Source: Pseudomonadota bacterium (GTDB taxonomy: Bacteria; Pseudomonadota; Alphaproteobacteria; Caulobacterales; Caulobacteraceae). Taken from it: a DNA stretch of 64,000 bases. Where the stretch lies: NCBI GenBank assembly GCA_023434265.1, contig JAEYTA010000202.1, positions 11,634 through 75,633 of the forward strand. Direction: 5' to 3'. Positions 63,390-64,000 of the stretch are shown here, one piece after another. Every line of letters starts with the position of its first letter. Position 1 is the first letter of the stretch. Under the pieces are notes generated by a model, which was not told the DNA's origin, made no database searches, and saw only the letters and a list, made by a program, of their open reading frames with translations. The position numbers were made by a program, and so were the translations under genes.

Positions 63390-64000
63390 CGGCTCACTTC
63401 GGTCGGGAACGGGCGCCCCAGCGCCTCGGCCATGCCCTGTTGGGACAGCAGCAACACCGCCTCGCGCTGGTGGAAGTTGTTGGACAGGACGACCACCGTC
63501 ACGTCCTCGTCCGGCTGGTGTGTCACCAGGTTGCGGAAGCCCGACCAGCTGCCGGTGTGGTAGATCTGGCGGTCGAGGAAGTCGGGGCGGACCTGGCGCC
63601 CCAGCGCCTTCTCGTAGAGGCCGAAACCCCACAGGCGGCGCGGCTGGCCGCGTTCGTCGGGCGTGTCCTCCGGCGCATGGTCGGCGATCATCTGGCGGTA
63701 GCTCTCCGGCGACAGAACGTGGCCGCCGTGCAGGGCGCGGGTCCAGGCCAGCATGTCGTCGAGGGTCGAGTAGAGGCCGCCGGCGGCGAAGATGATGCTG
63801 AGGTTGGCGTTGGGCTGGGGGGTCGGCGGACCGCCGAGGTTGGCGTAACCCATGACCACGTCGGAGAAGCCGTCGTCGTAGCCGGTGTCGGCCATGCCGA
63901 GCGGCTCGAAGAAGGCGGTGCGCAGATAGTCGTGCAGCGGCTGGCCGCTGGCCTCCTCGACCACGACGCCGAGCAGATTGTAGCCGGCGTTGTTGTAGCG
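63386..64000 (-). CDS. Serine hydrolase / beta-lactamase (class C-like) family protein; 5' end outside the window
   Basis: The frame stays open to nt 64000. The C-terminal part of a beta-lactamase-related fold is visible (YHTGSWSGFRNLVTHQPDEDVTVVVLSNN). Confidence 0.75.
   Translation of the reverse strand, partial: RYNNAGYNLLGVVVEEASGQPLHDYLRTAFFEPLGMADTGYDDGFSDVVMGYANLGGPPTPQPNANLSIIFAAGGLYSTLDDMLAWTRALHGGHVLSPESYRQMIADHAPEDTPDERGQPRRLWGFGLYEKALGRQVRPDFLDRQIYHTGSWSGFRNLVTHQPDEDVTVVVLSNNFHQREAVLLLSQQGMAEALGRPFPTEVSR

Overview
GC-rich chromosomal segment that looks alphaproteobacterial, probably Caulobacterales-like. Supporting features: hfq sequence, a fused ispDF, a PDH E1-beta carrying an N-terminal lipoyl domain, an unlinked motB, and a PopA-like protein. 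About 66 tightly packed protein-coding genes are supported, many joined by ATGA/GTGA/TGATG start-stop overlaps. Gene content is core housekeeping:
- LPS heptose synthesis: hldE-hldD
- DNA repair and topology: recG, mfd, recO, parC
- Isoprenoid synthesis: ispDF
- Regulation and RNA: dusB-ntrY-ntrX-(aminotransferase)-hfq-hflX
- Central metabolism and division: lipA, rpmF, eno-ftsB-pdhA-pdhB-pdhC-lpdA
- Others: motB, bpt, lemA-htpX

I found no rRNA, tRNA, CRISPR array, transposase, integrase, phage block or recognisable defence or toxin system. This reads as an ordinary core region rather than an accessory island, and I cannot support a claim of a clear novel multi-gene system.

The leads most worth a second look:
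1. A 162-bp highly structured non-coding element closed by an 18-bp perfect inverted repeat, just after parC.
2. Uncharacterised genes embedded in the PDH operon: a DUF5076-like ORF and two tandem zinc-ribbon membrane paralogs.
3. A PopA-like REC-REC-degenerate-GGDEF protein with an intact I-site, upstream of an HTH-SRPBCC pair.
4. dusB fused directly to ntrY, with no ntrBC between them.
5. A cluster of GANTC (CcrM) sites in a hairpin upstream of ftsB.
6. An ArsR-led seven-gene cluster of unknown function.

Product names come from motif and family recognition by eye, with no database search. Start codons are often uncertain because GTG and TTG starts are common, and the many long antisense ORFs are GC-content artefacts.
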